Below, one piece after another: positions 1 through 9,058 of a DNA stretch of 20,248 nucleotides. How positions within the stretch are numbered: position 1 is the first letter of the stretch; each line of letters begins with the position of its first letter. The notes below the pieces were generated by a model that was given only the letters and a program-made list of their open reading frames with translations, did no database searches and was not told where the DNA came from. A program made the translations under genes and the position numbers. The DNA is taken from assembly GCF_006345805.1 (NCBI RefSeq), contig NW_021824139.1:1-20248 (forward strand). Reading direction: 5' to 3'. The DNA comes from Octopus sinensis (Eukaryota).

Positions 1-160
1 TTACAATGACCCCAGTGTTTCACTGATAGTTAATTTATTGACCCCTGAAAGGATGAAAGTGAAAGTCTACCTTGGTGGAATTTGAACTCAGAACATAAAG
101 GTGAATAAAATGCTGCTAAGCATTTTGTCCAATGTGCTAATGTTTCTGCCAACTTGCCGC
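1..160 (-). mobile_element. Diverged tRNA-derived SINE (same family as the 12429 element)
   Basis: The reverse complement aligns by eye to the 12429 SINE: GGCAAGTTGGCAGAAAC head, CTTAGCAGCATTT, B-box GAGTTCAAATTCC and CTTTCATCCTTTCAGGGGTCAATAAA domain. Confidence 0.75.
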
Positions 161-162
161 CA

Positions 163-198
163 TAATGATAATGATGATGATGATGATGATGATGATGA
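163..198 (+). repeat. (GAT)n microsatellite
   Basis: Direct GAT run; it produces the poly-His ORF at 30..245. Confidence 0.95.
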
Positions 199-240
199 AG
201 ATAAAAACAATTTTGGTAAAGTGGAATATATAGTCCATTA

Positions 241-392
241 ATCAACCCCAGTACTCAACTGGTACCTATTTTACTGACCCTAACAGGATGAAAGGCAAAG
301 TCAGCTTCATGGTAATCAGAATTTGGAATGTAAAGTCAGAAGAAATGCTACTAAGCGTTTTGCCTGATGTGCTCACATTTCCGTCACCTTAA
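241..392 (-). mobile_element. Older diverged copy of the same SINE
   Basis: The plus strand reads CCCCAGTACTCAACTGGTACCTATTTTACTGACCCTAACAGGATGAAAGGCAAAGTC, the reverse complement of the SINE central domain. Confidence 0.65.
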
Positions 393-426
393 CAACAATA
401 ACAACAACAATACTAATAATAAAATG

Positions 427-600
427 TGCTGTTTAGCCCTTGGTCAACCCTGACTGCGCAGGCCTGAGATCAAAAGCATTCTAGCTGTGACCATCCTGTC
501 TTTTTCCTATTTGCAGTGACCATATAACCACGTGAGTTCACATGTCCTTGTTTTAAGATACGAGGCAGATGTGGCTGCTACATCTAGCAGACCGAACCAC
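427..600. mobile_element. Unclassified interspersed repeat fragment
   Basis: CTGTTTAGCCCTTGGTCAACCCTGA...GACCATCCTGTC and GATGTGGCTGCTACATCTAGCAG resemble an octopus repeat I recall. A related motif, CTGCTAGAAATAGCAGCCAAA, occurs inverted near 12254. Confidence 0.4.
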
Positions 601-899
601 CACATACACGATCTCTCATTGGTTCATTATTAGCTTGTGCAAATAAATAGACAGGAACAGTTTGACAGGACCCTGCTTAGATTTTCAGTAGACGCATCAG
701 ATAGCATTTTTATCTGATGTACTTACTACTACCACAGATAACTGTGGTTGTTCAATAGGATTGAGTATTGGGTATATCTATTGATGAGGGGGTCTATTCA
801 TATCCATTCCCTGTCTTCAGTCATCATATGTTGTCAGAATCATAAGGACGCCTTCCTCACACTCATATTTGGGTATTTTAAACATGATGTAGCTAACCC

Positions 900-1016
900 C
901 TCTCTCTCTGTCAAACCACAGTGGAAATCTTTCAAAGAAAAAGAGAGAAGAGAGAGAGAGAGAGAGGGAGAGAGAGAGGGAGAGAGAGAGAGGGAGAGAG
1001 AGAGAGAATGAGAGAG
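900..1016 (+). repeat. (TC)n then (GA)n microsatellite
   Basis: Direct dinucleotide runs. Confidence 0.95.
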
Positions 1017-1072
1017 TGCAAAATATAATGATGTATTCCTTTCAGTACCTGATGTTGTATTGAAAGAATGAA

Positions 1073-1160
1073 AAAGCAAAGTTGACGTTGATGGGATTTG
1101 AACTCAGGGCACAGAATGCCAGAATGACTACTTCAATACATTCTAAGCAATCCGCTAACA
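1073..1160 (-). mobile_element. Highly diverged SINE fragment
   Basis: AAAAGCAAAGTTGACGTTGATGGGATTTGAACTCAG matches the reverse complement of the B-box and central-domain region. Confidence 0.5.
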
Positions 1161-1534
1161 ATCCTGTCGAATCCCCAAGTAACAACTGGCAGGTATTTAA
1201 TGCATGGAACATGCTTGGATGGAGTTGAAAGGCAAGAGGTAATCCCTGTTTTTCTTTACCAGTGAGTGTTGCTAATTAAACCATCACCCATGTTGCTAAT
1301 TGCACTTTAATTAGCAGATTGTTCGCAGTCATTATCTCCTGTGTTAACATTTCCTTTATTTACATTTGACAGCAGTTCATTATAAAAAATCTATTTGAAA
1401 TGTCTCATCTTGTCAATCGGTTTCTATTATTTGGTTATTAATAACCAAATTTTGAATATGTTTTCATAATGATGCCTTTAATGACTTATCATTATTATAT
1501 AACATTGAATTCTTCAGGCTGGAATTACCTATTA

Positions 1535-3240
1535 AACATATTTATATTGGAGTATTACAGTGGATGCGGATGGGGGGGAGGAAGGATATTTTTAAATCCT
1601 TCATTTACGGATGAAGTAATTTTAATTACACATAATTTTATGAGTTAAAATAAACAAAAGACACTGGAACGCCATCCTTCTCCACCGCCATTAATACAAA
1701 GATAATGAAGAACATAATCCAACCAACATCTATTTCACAAAGACACAAATATTAAAGTAAACAATATTCTAGAAAAAAACTTTCTTATTTGTTTTTTTCT
1801 TTTTTGGTTTTTCAAAGAATTTCATTCTCGTTGCTTTCTTTGAAATGTACAGTCCAGTTTTCCTTATTCTTGTTCCAAACAATTCCGTCAATTTCTCGAC
1901 TCTCTCTCTCTCCAACAGTACTGCTCTTTCCTCGCTACCAAACACCTCTTCATCCAGTCTTACTCTTATTAAATTCTTCACCTTTGCAATCTTTTCCTCA
2001 ATTCACACAATCTTATCGTAAATTATCATCATTCAGTCGGCTGCTTTCTTTGCCTCACATATTCCATTCTCCTCCTTACTTCCCCTTTCCACTCCTCATA
2101 TTACTCCTCTTTGTCTATTTCTTCTCTCCTTCTTGTTGTTGGCTCTGGGGTTCGATTAACACTCGTCTCTTTTCTCTACTAATTTTTTCTCTTGTACTTT
2201 TACCGCTTTTTTCTTCTTTTTCAGTTTTGGGCGGTGACTCCGCACTTGTTCTTTTTCTGCCCCCTATTTCCTCCTCCTTTTCCTCCACCACTATTACTTC
2301 CTCCACCTCTGCTTAGTTCTCCGTTCTTTCCTCGTCTCTGGGGACACCTTGCCTTCATGTGTCCTCTTGTACCGCAATTATAACATATTGGAGGCTTCTC
2401 CTCCACCACAATTCTCAGCCGGGTGTCATCGGGGAGCACCAACTCCTCTGCTATCTTGTGCAAGTCAGGCAGGGTTATATGGACCAAGATTTACAGTCTA
2501 AATCTCCATCAGTTTATCTCAGCCAATTTTGCCACCTTGATAATCTTGGTCTCCTCCTCACAGTTGTACAGGATAGCTTCCAACAGCCATTCCTCCTCTT
2601 TTTTGGGTGGCACTCTCCCTATCTGTACTCTTGCCACTCTTTTACCACATTAGGTTGGCAAAAGTGCCCACCTGGCTGATCTCAACAGCATCGTGGAGTA
2701 CTTTTTCGTTTCCTCCTCGTTCACGAAGTGAACCTCCACCGTGCCGTACTTCCTCCCCCGAGTATAAACCGTCGTTAACTCCCTTCACTTCGCTCAGGCA
2801 TTCATCTGCTACTTCCACTCTTTTGTTTCTACATCCAGCATTCTGTATATTATTATTTCCTCTCTGCTTTTCATCGCTTCTCCCCGGGGTATCAGCCTAA
2901 GGCAGTCTCCTCTTTTTTAAATAATCCTTGTACTTTCGAAATCCTTCTGCTCCAACACCAATTCTTTCAATCGCAGAATGTCAGCTGGCAGGCTTTTGCC
3001 CGCCACCGCGGCGTACTGCCTATTCGTTGTTCCTCCATTTCACCCAAAAATGGGGAAGAAAAAGAAACAACAATAACAACAATTAACAAATCTCAAAAAT
3101 ATAACAGTATCCAAAGTACAACAATGCACAACTCGCATCGACAATGCTATTCAAATTTTCTAAGACCCACAAAAGAAAAACAACATTATTTCATTACTTA
3201 AACATGCAAGTGGTTGTTGTTAATAGAAATTCAAACGCGC
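1535..3240 (-). mobile_element. Non-LTR element carrying the ORF1 above; no ORF2 seen
   Basis: About 200 nt of T-rich 5'UTR (3039-3240), ORF1, then about 230 nt ending in a C-tract, TGTAAT and AATATAAA. This layout resembles the Tx1 3' end at 16170-16291. Boundaries are approximate. Confidence 0.5.
1769..3038 (-). pseudogene. Decayed Tx1/L1-type LINE ORF1 (gag-like; RRM-like region plus CCHC zinc knuckle), with several stops and frameshifts
   Basis: Manual minus-strand translation gives YAAVAGKSLPADILRLKELV, then VYTRGRKYGTVEVHFVNEEE, RVARVQIGRVPPK, ELVLPDDTRLRIVVEEKPPICYNCGTRGHMKARCP (C-x2-C-x4-H-x4-C), a K/E-rich linker, and KNLIRVRLDEEVFG...MKFFEKPK*. Probable ATG at 3038. Confidence 0.8.
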
Positions 3241-3723
3241 CGGTTTCAAATTCCCGTAAGCCTATACAATATTATTACAACCATTTTTACTTCTATACAC
3301 TTTCAAAGAGTAGATGAAAACCTATGGTTGCAGAAAGGGATCACCTCAGCAAATTTAAAGTTTTGGGCCCAAAAAACTTAAGGATGGAAGGGATTCCTTA
3401 ACACATAGCTTATACTTATTTATATTTACTCTGAAGTAAGGGTCCCTCAAAATAACAGACCATTCCAAAGAATATCTTTTCTCATTACTCTTTAAACCAT
3501 GTATATAAGAGGCAAGTGTAGTAGAATTAAAGTGGGCCCTATGCCTACTGTACTGCCTTTATAAAATTTATCTAAATTACCCTCCTCTTTAGCAACGCAT
3601 GACTAATCTAAAAGTTAAACCCAGCAGACTAGTTCAAATTTTCTGACACCCAGCCACCAAAAAAAAACGAATTATTTTATTGCTAATCATGCAGGTGGTC
3701 GTTGTTAATAGAAATCCAAACCG

Positions 3724-3800
3724 TATAAACATACACATATACACATATATTTGTATATACATATATATATACACATACACACACACCTATATTTGTATAT
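3724..3800 (+). repeat. Mixed (TA)/(CA) microsatellite
   Basis: Direct runs. Confidence 0.85.
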
Positions 3801-3865
3801 AGCCGAGCTGAGCCCTGGCCGCCATAGCGCTCATTGGGGGGTCGTAGCCTTGGACAGTGAGCCCC

Positions 3866-3975
3866 AACAGGTCTTTGCAAGCAGAGTTTAGTGTCCAATG
3901 AAGGAAAGGTACGCATAAGTAGGCTGGTTACACCCGCTGGCATAGGCCATGAGGTTATGGTCTCACTTGGCTTGT
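3866..3975 (-). mobile_element. RTE LINE proximal 3'UTR fragment (subfamily related to the 8635-11515 element)
   Basis: CAACAGGTCTTTGCAAG...GAAGGAAAGGTACGCAT...GGCCATGAGGTTATGGTCTCACTTGGCTT parallels CAACAGGTCTTCACAAG...GAAGGAAGGTATGCAC...GGCCACGGGTTATGGCCTGACTAGTCTT at 10976-11068. Confidence 0.7.
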
Positions 3976-4538
3976 AACCCATAAAAGCCCTCAATGACTC
4001 AACAGAGCTCAGAAACACGTCCTCCTCCGCCACGTCACCTTCAACACCATGGACTTATTTAAACTAATACAGAACTCTGAATTAATTAGTCATGGTTCTA
4101 ACAACGGAATGCTCACACCGAACCTGATCATGTCAAGACTACATCACTCACTTCTGACATTTCCTTTTATTTTTTAACTGGTTCCAATCAGACTGTGGCC
4201 ACACTGGAGCACTGATTTCAGAGTTTTATTTGATTTTATTCAGACTTGTACTTCTGTACTTTTCACTGGTGGTGTTGGTGATGGCAGTGGCGGAAGTTTG
4301 ACCAAAACCCCTCAGATACCAAAAGATAAGTTCATTAAAAAGACAAACAAATAAAAAAAAAACAGTAAAGAACAATAAAAGTTGAAAAGCTTTCTTCTTT
4401 CTTTCGAAATGGTTTCTCATTCGATGGTTGATGCGATGAAAGGAGACTGAATGAATTTTGTTAACTTTTAGTCATGGTTTGGGCCAAAGTTTATTAATTT
4501 GCATCTCTTAATGCTAATTAATTATTAGAAGCCATGAG

Positions 4539-4694
4539 TGCAGGTGTGGCTTTGTGGTTGGGAAGTTGGCTTCCCACTCATATGATCCTGGGTTCAGTCC
4601 CACTGTGTGGCACCTTGGGCAAGTGTCTTCTACTACATCCTGAGACCAAGCACAGCCTTGGGAGTGGATTTGGTAGACAGAAACTGAAAGAAGG
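4539..4694 (+). mobile_element. 5' half of a CORE-type SINE (OR2-like)
   Basis: tRNA-like head with B-box GGTTCAGTCCC and CORE-like CACCTTGGGCAAGTGTCTTCTAC. Same family as the full copies at 16926 and 17470. Confidence 0.8.
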
Positions 4695-4695
4695 T

Positions 4696-4795
4696 GGCGT
4701 GCTGGCAGAAACGTTAGCACGCCGGGCGAAATGCTTAGCGGTATTTCATCTGCCGCTACGTTCTGTGTTCAAATTCCACCGTGGTCGCCATTGCC
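4696..4795 (+). mobile_element. 5' head of the second SINE family, 3' truncated
   Basis: GGCGTGCTGGCAGAAACGTTAGCACGCCGGGCGAAATGCTTAGCGGTATTTC...GTTCAAATTCC is near-identical to 12429-12512. Confidence 0.9.
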
Positions 4796-4849
4796 TGAAG
4801 GCAAAACTGCACCAGGAATGGGTTTCAATTCCTATATATATACCTTTTA

Positions 4850-5038
4850 TATTTTACTTTAGTCATTTGACTGTAGCTATGCTGGGGCATATGGAATATG
4901 AGAGAGAGAGAGATAAGAAGGGTTTTAGTCGAACAATTGTTTTTAAGGTCTGGTACTTATTCTATTGGTCTCCTTTGCACCAAACCTCAAAGTTATGGGG
5001 AATGTAAACACACCAACACTGGTTGTCAACTGGCGGTA
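4850..5038 (-). mobile_element. 3' half of a CORE-type SINE, interrupted by (GA)n
   Basis: TTTAGTCATTTGACTGTAGCTATGCTGGGGCA...GTACTTATTCTATTGGTCTC...ACACCAACACTGGTTGTCAA matches 16930-17095. Confidence 0.75.
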
Positions 5039-5039
5039 A

Positions 5040-5250
5040 AGAGACTTGCTTTAACAAAAGGTGAGGGGCGCCTCACTCCCAGTGGTCTTTCAGCACGCCG
5101 GACACCATCCCGGAATTTCTGCGTACCCGTGCTAACATTTATTGGATGGGCGTTGACTCTCAAGAGGTCCTCCGCCCTTTGACGGGTTTTGTTTTTCATC
5201 CTGCAGGGTGTCCAATAAACACCCTCCTCACCAAGCAAGCTGGTATTGGG
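5040..5250. mobile_element. Unclassified GC-richer repeat fragment (possibly a LINE UTR)
   Basis: GCGTTGACTCTCAAGAGG...CTGCAGGGTGTCCAATAAACACCCTCCTCACCAAGCAAGC resembles an octopus repeat from memory; not verified. Confidence 0.3.
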
Positions 5251-5371
5251 TTACATGTTACCAATAGCACTCGAAAGTGACCTGACTGCTACGTACATAT
5301 GAACTAACTGTTCATGTTATATATCGAAAAATCACTAGTCATACGAAAAAATCAAAAATTAATTCACTTAC

Positions 5372-5465
5372 CTTCGAGTCCAAAATAACTTTCAAAGAGA
5401 TTTCTTCCAGAAACTGAAGATTTAAAACAACTGAAAAAGTCATCGTTTTTTCCACTGTTTTTCAT
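5372..5465 (-). CDS. Possible first coding exon of an unknown gene (MKNSGKNDDFFSCFKSSVSGRNLFESYFGLE, phase 1)
   Basis: ATG at 5465 opens 31 codons that run to a perfect donor AAG|GTAAGT at 5372/5371, in non-repetitive sequence. No homology recognised and no downstream exon identified. Confidence 0.2.
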
Positions 5466-5743
5466 TTAAAGATGGCTTTCGTTACATCATCCTAAAGACA
5501 ATGCCTAAGCCCATTCTACGGCAAAAAAACAACTTAACTAAACTATTCTTAACCTTTTGTACTTTTTGGTCAGAAACATTTTGGAGCTAAAGTAAACAAT
5601 CATCAAGATATCGACCTCTATTGATGTTTGGGAACTGGTCTGCCATTTCCGAAAGTATATATATTCAGACCAAATCAGCTACTTGTGCTGAAGCAGATCT
5701 TCCCATCGTGACATCAAAACCATTGGGTGTGTCTTTATGGACC

Positions 5744-5796
5744 CACACACACACACATATATATATATATATACGCGCATACGTTAATGAATACAA

Positions 5797-5860
<64 letters not shown>

Positions 5861-5882
5861 ATACGCGCAAACGTTCATGAAT

Positions 5883-5913
<31 letters not shown>

Positions 5914-5932
5914 CGCGCATACGTTCATGAAT

Positions 5933-5970
<38 letters not shown>
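5744..5970 (+). repeat. Compound (CA)n(TA)n microsatellite with a 22-bp core repeated three times
   Basis: ACGCGCAWACGTTMATGAATAC at about 5773, 5863 and 5912, separated by variable CA/TA runs. Confidence 0.9.
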
Positions 5971-6341
5971 CTCAGGGGGCGATTCCAGGTCATCAGCGTC
6001 ACACGGGCTCATCACAGTCTTCGTATAAGACACATTTCTACTCGAAGAATTTCACGTTTCCCGCTTTATTTCTAGCCCCAAATGGCTTATTTTTTTCACA
6101 TCTAACACTATGTCTTTCTCCGTTTCTAAGTTAAAGATTAAAATAAAGCAACCCTGCAAAACACAACTGATCTTTGCGCACAGATGCACAGAGTAAGAGC
6201 AATGAAATTACGACAGGGGAGTGCACAAGCAAACATCAGCGATCTGACTGTCGCTTGTAATCTTGACAAGAGATGCCAGTTTGTCTTTTACACCTACCAG
6301 GCTCGTTCCTATTAGCCCGAGTTGCTGGATAAATTTTCGTT

Positions 6342-6735
6342 CCGGATCTTTTCTGTTTGAACGGCAGTTTTTTAAAGTAATTTCCACGTAACTAAACACT
6401 TTTAAACTTCGTATACTGGTAGAATGTGTTTATAAAACATCTTTTTCTCTTGGCTTTATTGAGAAAATTCTATAGTATGTAAGATATTTGTTGTTTTTTT
6501 CTACAATTTCTGCAATTTCAACCAATCAATGACGTCTATTGAGGTAAAAAAAACATTCTGTGCCGTATGAATATGTCCCTCGTTTAAGAAAGAGATTGGG
6601 TTTATTTACATTTCTGAAGAAAAAAAGATACCCTTCCCCCCACCCCTAATCCTAACCCTAACTAACCCTAAAACAGATTGAAAAGCAATAGATCGATTCT
6701 AGGGTCATAACTATGGGTGACAATTTCATATAACG
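6342..6735. mobile_element. Non-autonomous DNA-type element, one terminus missing, containing degenerate CCCTAA repeats
   Basis: Begins CGGATCTTTTCTGTTTGAACGGCAGTTTTTT, recalled as the terminal inverted repeat (TIR) of a common octopus element. Contains CCCCTAATCCTAACCCTAACTAACCCTAA at about 6643-6670. No matching inverted end is present in the window. Confidence 0.5.
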
Positions 6736-6859
6736 TTCCTTTAAGAATATTACAGAACGGAAAGTTTTCATGGATTTGAATTTAAATATTAATCTCTCAA
6801 AAAATTTATAGTTTCAAGAAAATATTGTATTTGAATTAATTTTAATTTTTACGATTATT

Positions 6860-7127
6860 GATAACAACTCGGGCTGTAACTTCTGAGCCCGAGTCAGGCG
6901 CGTGTGAACGATGTCGAGAGAACGTCTACTACGAATGACATTTTCTGACTCAGACGGTGAACGAAAATAAACCAACAGCGACCAGGCTCATAAAAGGAGC
7001 CCAAGTTATTGGCTGCAATTACATACTTGAAGTCAGTGTTGGCAGAAATGAAATCAGCTTATAAATACACGTCCACCTATATATATTTATATTCGGGCTA
7101 AGCTCGAATGGCCCGAGTGCCGGAGTC

Positions 7128-7130
<3 letters not shown>
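6860..7130. promoter_or_regulatory. CpG-rich unique segment bounded by two related palindromes; candidate promoter or regulatory island
   Basis: About 17 CpGs in 270 bp by manual count, a TGACTCA site near 6946, TATAAATA near 7060, and ACTCGGGCT-N10-AGCCCGAGT plus TCGGGCT-N10-GGCCCGA at the two ends. Confidence 0.3.

Positions 7131-7166
<36 letters not shown>
7131..7166 (+). repeat. (AT)n microsatellite
   Basis: Direct run. Confidence 0.95.
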
Positions 7167-7168
<2 letters not shown>

Positions 7169-7384
7169 ATCAATACAGGCAACAAGGATATCCAAAGGTA
7201 GTGTAGTACAATCGTTTCATGCTACTTCATTTAATTAAACAATGTAAGTATTACATCAGATTAAAATGTAAAGCACTCTTCAGCCACATATGGAACTTTT
7301 TAATTAAATTGACAATATTCATTTTTATACTTATTCCATTTAGACAGAGAGATAAATCTATCTATCTATCTATATATATAATAT

Positions 7385-7465
7385 ATAATGGCGGTGCTCC
7401 AGCAGAATGGTGGTGCCCCAGCATGGCACAGCTCGTGAGATGAAACTAGATAAAATAAAATAAAA
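7385..7465 (+). mobile_element. CORE-SINE extreme 3' tail with a short internal duplication
   Basis: ATGGCGGTGCTCCAGCA followed by ATGGTGGTGCCCCAGCATGGCACAGC...TGAAACTAGATAAAATAAAA. Confidence 0.65.
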
Positions 7466-7825
7466 TCATCATCATTGTTTAATGTCCATTCTCCATGCTA
7501 GCATGGGTTGGACGGTTCGACCGGGGATCTGGGAAGCCAGAAGGCTGCACCAGGCTCCAGTCTTATCTGGCAATGTTTCTACAGCTGGATGCCCTTCCTA
7601 ACGCCAACCACTCCGTGAGTGTAGTAGGTGCTTTTTACGTGCCACCTGCACATGTGCCAGGCGAGAGAGGCAACGGCCACGGTCGGATTGGTGCATTTTA
7701 CGTGCAACCGGCACGGAAGCCAGTCGAGGCGGTGCTGGCATCGGCCACGAGTCGGATAGTGCTTTTTACGTACCACCAGACCAGGGGTTCTGGCTGGTTC
7801 AATTGGATTTCGATTCGAATTGAAT
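7466..7825 (-). mobile_element. RTE distal 3'UTR copy with (GAT)n tail (5'-truncated LINE or derived non-autonomous element)
   Basis: CATCATCAT...CCATGCTAGCATGGGTTGGAC...GGATGCCCTTCCTAACGCCAACCAC matches the 3' ends of the RT-bearing copies at 7858-8623 and 8635-11515. Confidence 0.85.
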
Positions 7826-7857
7826 ATATATAATATATATAAAATAATATATATATA

Positions 7858-8623
7858 TGAGAGAAATGCTGGACATAACAAGCATCGGATGTGGCATGCA
7901 AGAAAGAAGTTTGCGCTGGTATAGTCATGTACTCCGGATGGATGAGGAGAGATGTGCGAAGAAGTGCCACTCCCAAACAGTTGAAGGTATCCGGGGTAGA
8001 GGTAGACCCAGGAAGACATGGAATGAGGTGATCAAGCTTGATCTTCGAGCGTTGGGCCTCACAGAGGCAATGACGAAAGACCGAGACCTCTGGAGATATG
8101 CTGTGACAGCGAAGACACGACAAATAACGTGAGGCTGTTTCCTGCACCAGCTTCACATAACAGCCCCAACCCATCGAAAATACCTTGGATCGCAGGACGG
8201 CCTACTGTGCTTACCTTGGATCGTAGGGTGACCTGCTGTGCTTGAGGAGACCTACTGAGTCAAGTACATCAACATCGAAATAAAAATCAAATGGAAATTG
8301 TAGTTGTGATACCCGTGCCAGTGGCACATACAAAACACCATCTCAACGAGGCTGATGCCACCGCCGTCTTGACTGGCTTCCGTGCTGGGGGCACATAAAA
8401 AGCAACAACCGATTGTGGCCGCTGCCAACCTCCTGGGGTACCTGTGCTGGTGGCAAGAAAGAAGCGCCCTCTAAACTCAGAGTGGTTGGCGTTAGGAAGG
8501 GCATCCAGCTGTAGAGACAATACCTGATCAGATTGGAGCCTGGGGCAGCCTCCTGGCTTCCCAGACGACGGTCGAACTGTCCAACCCATGCTCGCATGGA
8601 AAACTGACGTTAAACGATGATGA
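7858..8623 (+). mobile_element. 5'-truncated RTE-clade LINE: RT C-terminus (7857-8132), 3'UTR and (GAT)n tail
   Basis: ORF ...QERSLRWYSHVLRMDEE...VEGIRGRGRPRKTWNEVIKLDL...DRDLWR is the typical RTE post-RT C-terminus. The 3'UTR contains a 31-bp tandem duplication (8181-8242) and ends GTTAAACGATGATGAT. Confidence 0.9.
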
Positions 8624-8807
8624 TATATATATATCATCATCATCATCATCATCATCATTTAGCGTCCGTTTTCCATGCTAGCATGGGTTGGACGGTTCAA
8701 CTGGGGTCTGGGAGCCCGAAGGCTGCACCAGGCCAGTCAGATCTGGCAGTGTTTCTACAGCTGGATGCCCTTCCTAACGCCAACCACTCCGAGAGTGTAG
8801 TGGGTGA

Positions 8808-9058
8808 TTTTATGTGCCACCGACACAGGTGCCAGACGAGGCTGGCGAACGGCCACGCTCGGATGGTGTTTTTATGTGCCACCGACACAGGTGCCAGACG
8901 AGGCTGGCGAACGGCCACGCTCGGATGGTGTTTTTATGTGCCACCGACACAGGTGCCAGACGAGGCTGGCAGACGGCCACGCTCGGATGGTGGTGTTTTT
9001 ATGTGCCACCGACACAGGTGCCAGATGAGGCTGGCGGACGGCCACGATCGGATGGTGT
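8808..9058. repeat. 62-bp minisatellite, about 4 copies, from an RTE 3'UTR module
   Basis: TTTTATGTGCCACCGACACAGGTGCCAGACGAGGCTGGCGAACGGCCACGCTCGGATGGTGT repeated head-to-tail. Confidence 0.9.

Noticed and set aside
1789-2900. Hydrophobic plus-strand ORFs resembling membrane proteins
   Set aside because: They are the antisense shadow of the purine-rich ORF1 remnant.
3361-3374. Perfect 14-bp palindrome TTTTGGGCCCAAAA
   Set aside because: It is isolated and partly homopolymeric, so plausible by chance in 20 kb.
6208-6399. 63-aa minus-strand ORF
   Set aside because: It starts inside the DNA element from a non-ATG codon and has no recognisable motif.
8830-8856. Hammerhead look-alike CAGAYGAG-GCTGG-CGAAC in the 62-bp module
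   Set aside because: The core deviates at invariant positions (CAGA instead of CUGA, GAAC instead of GAAA), and the segment is better explained as a GCCAG/CTGGC hairpin.
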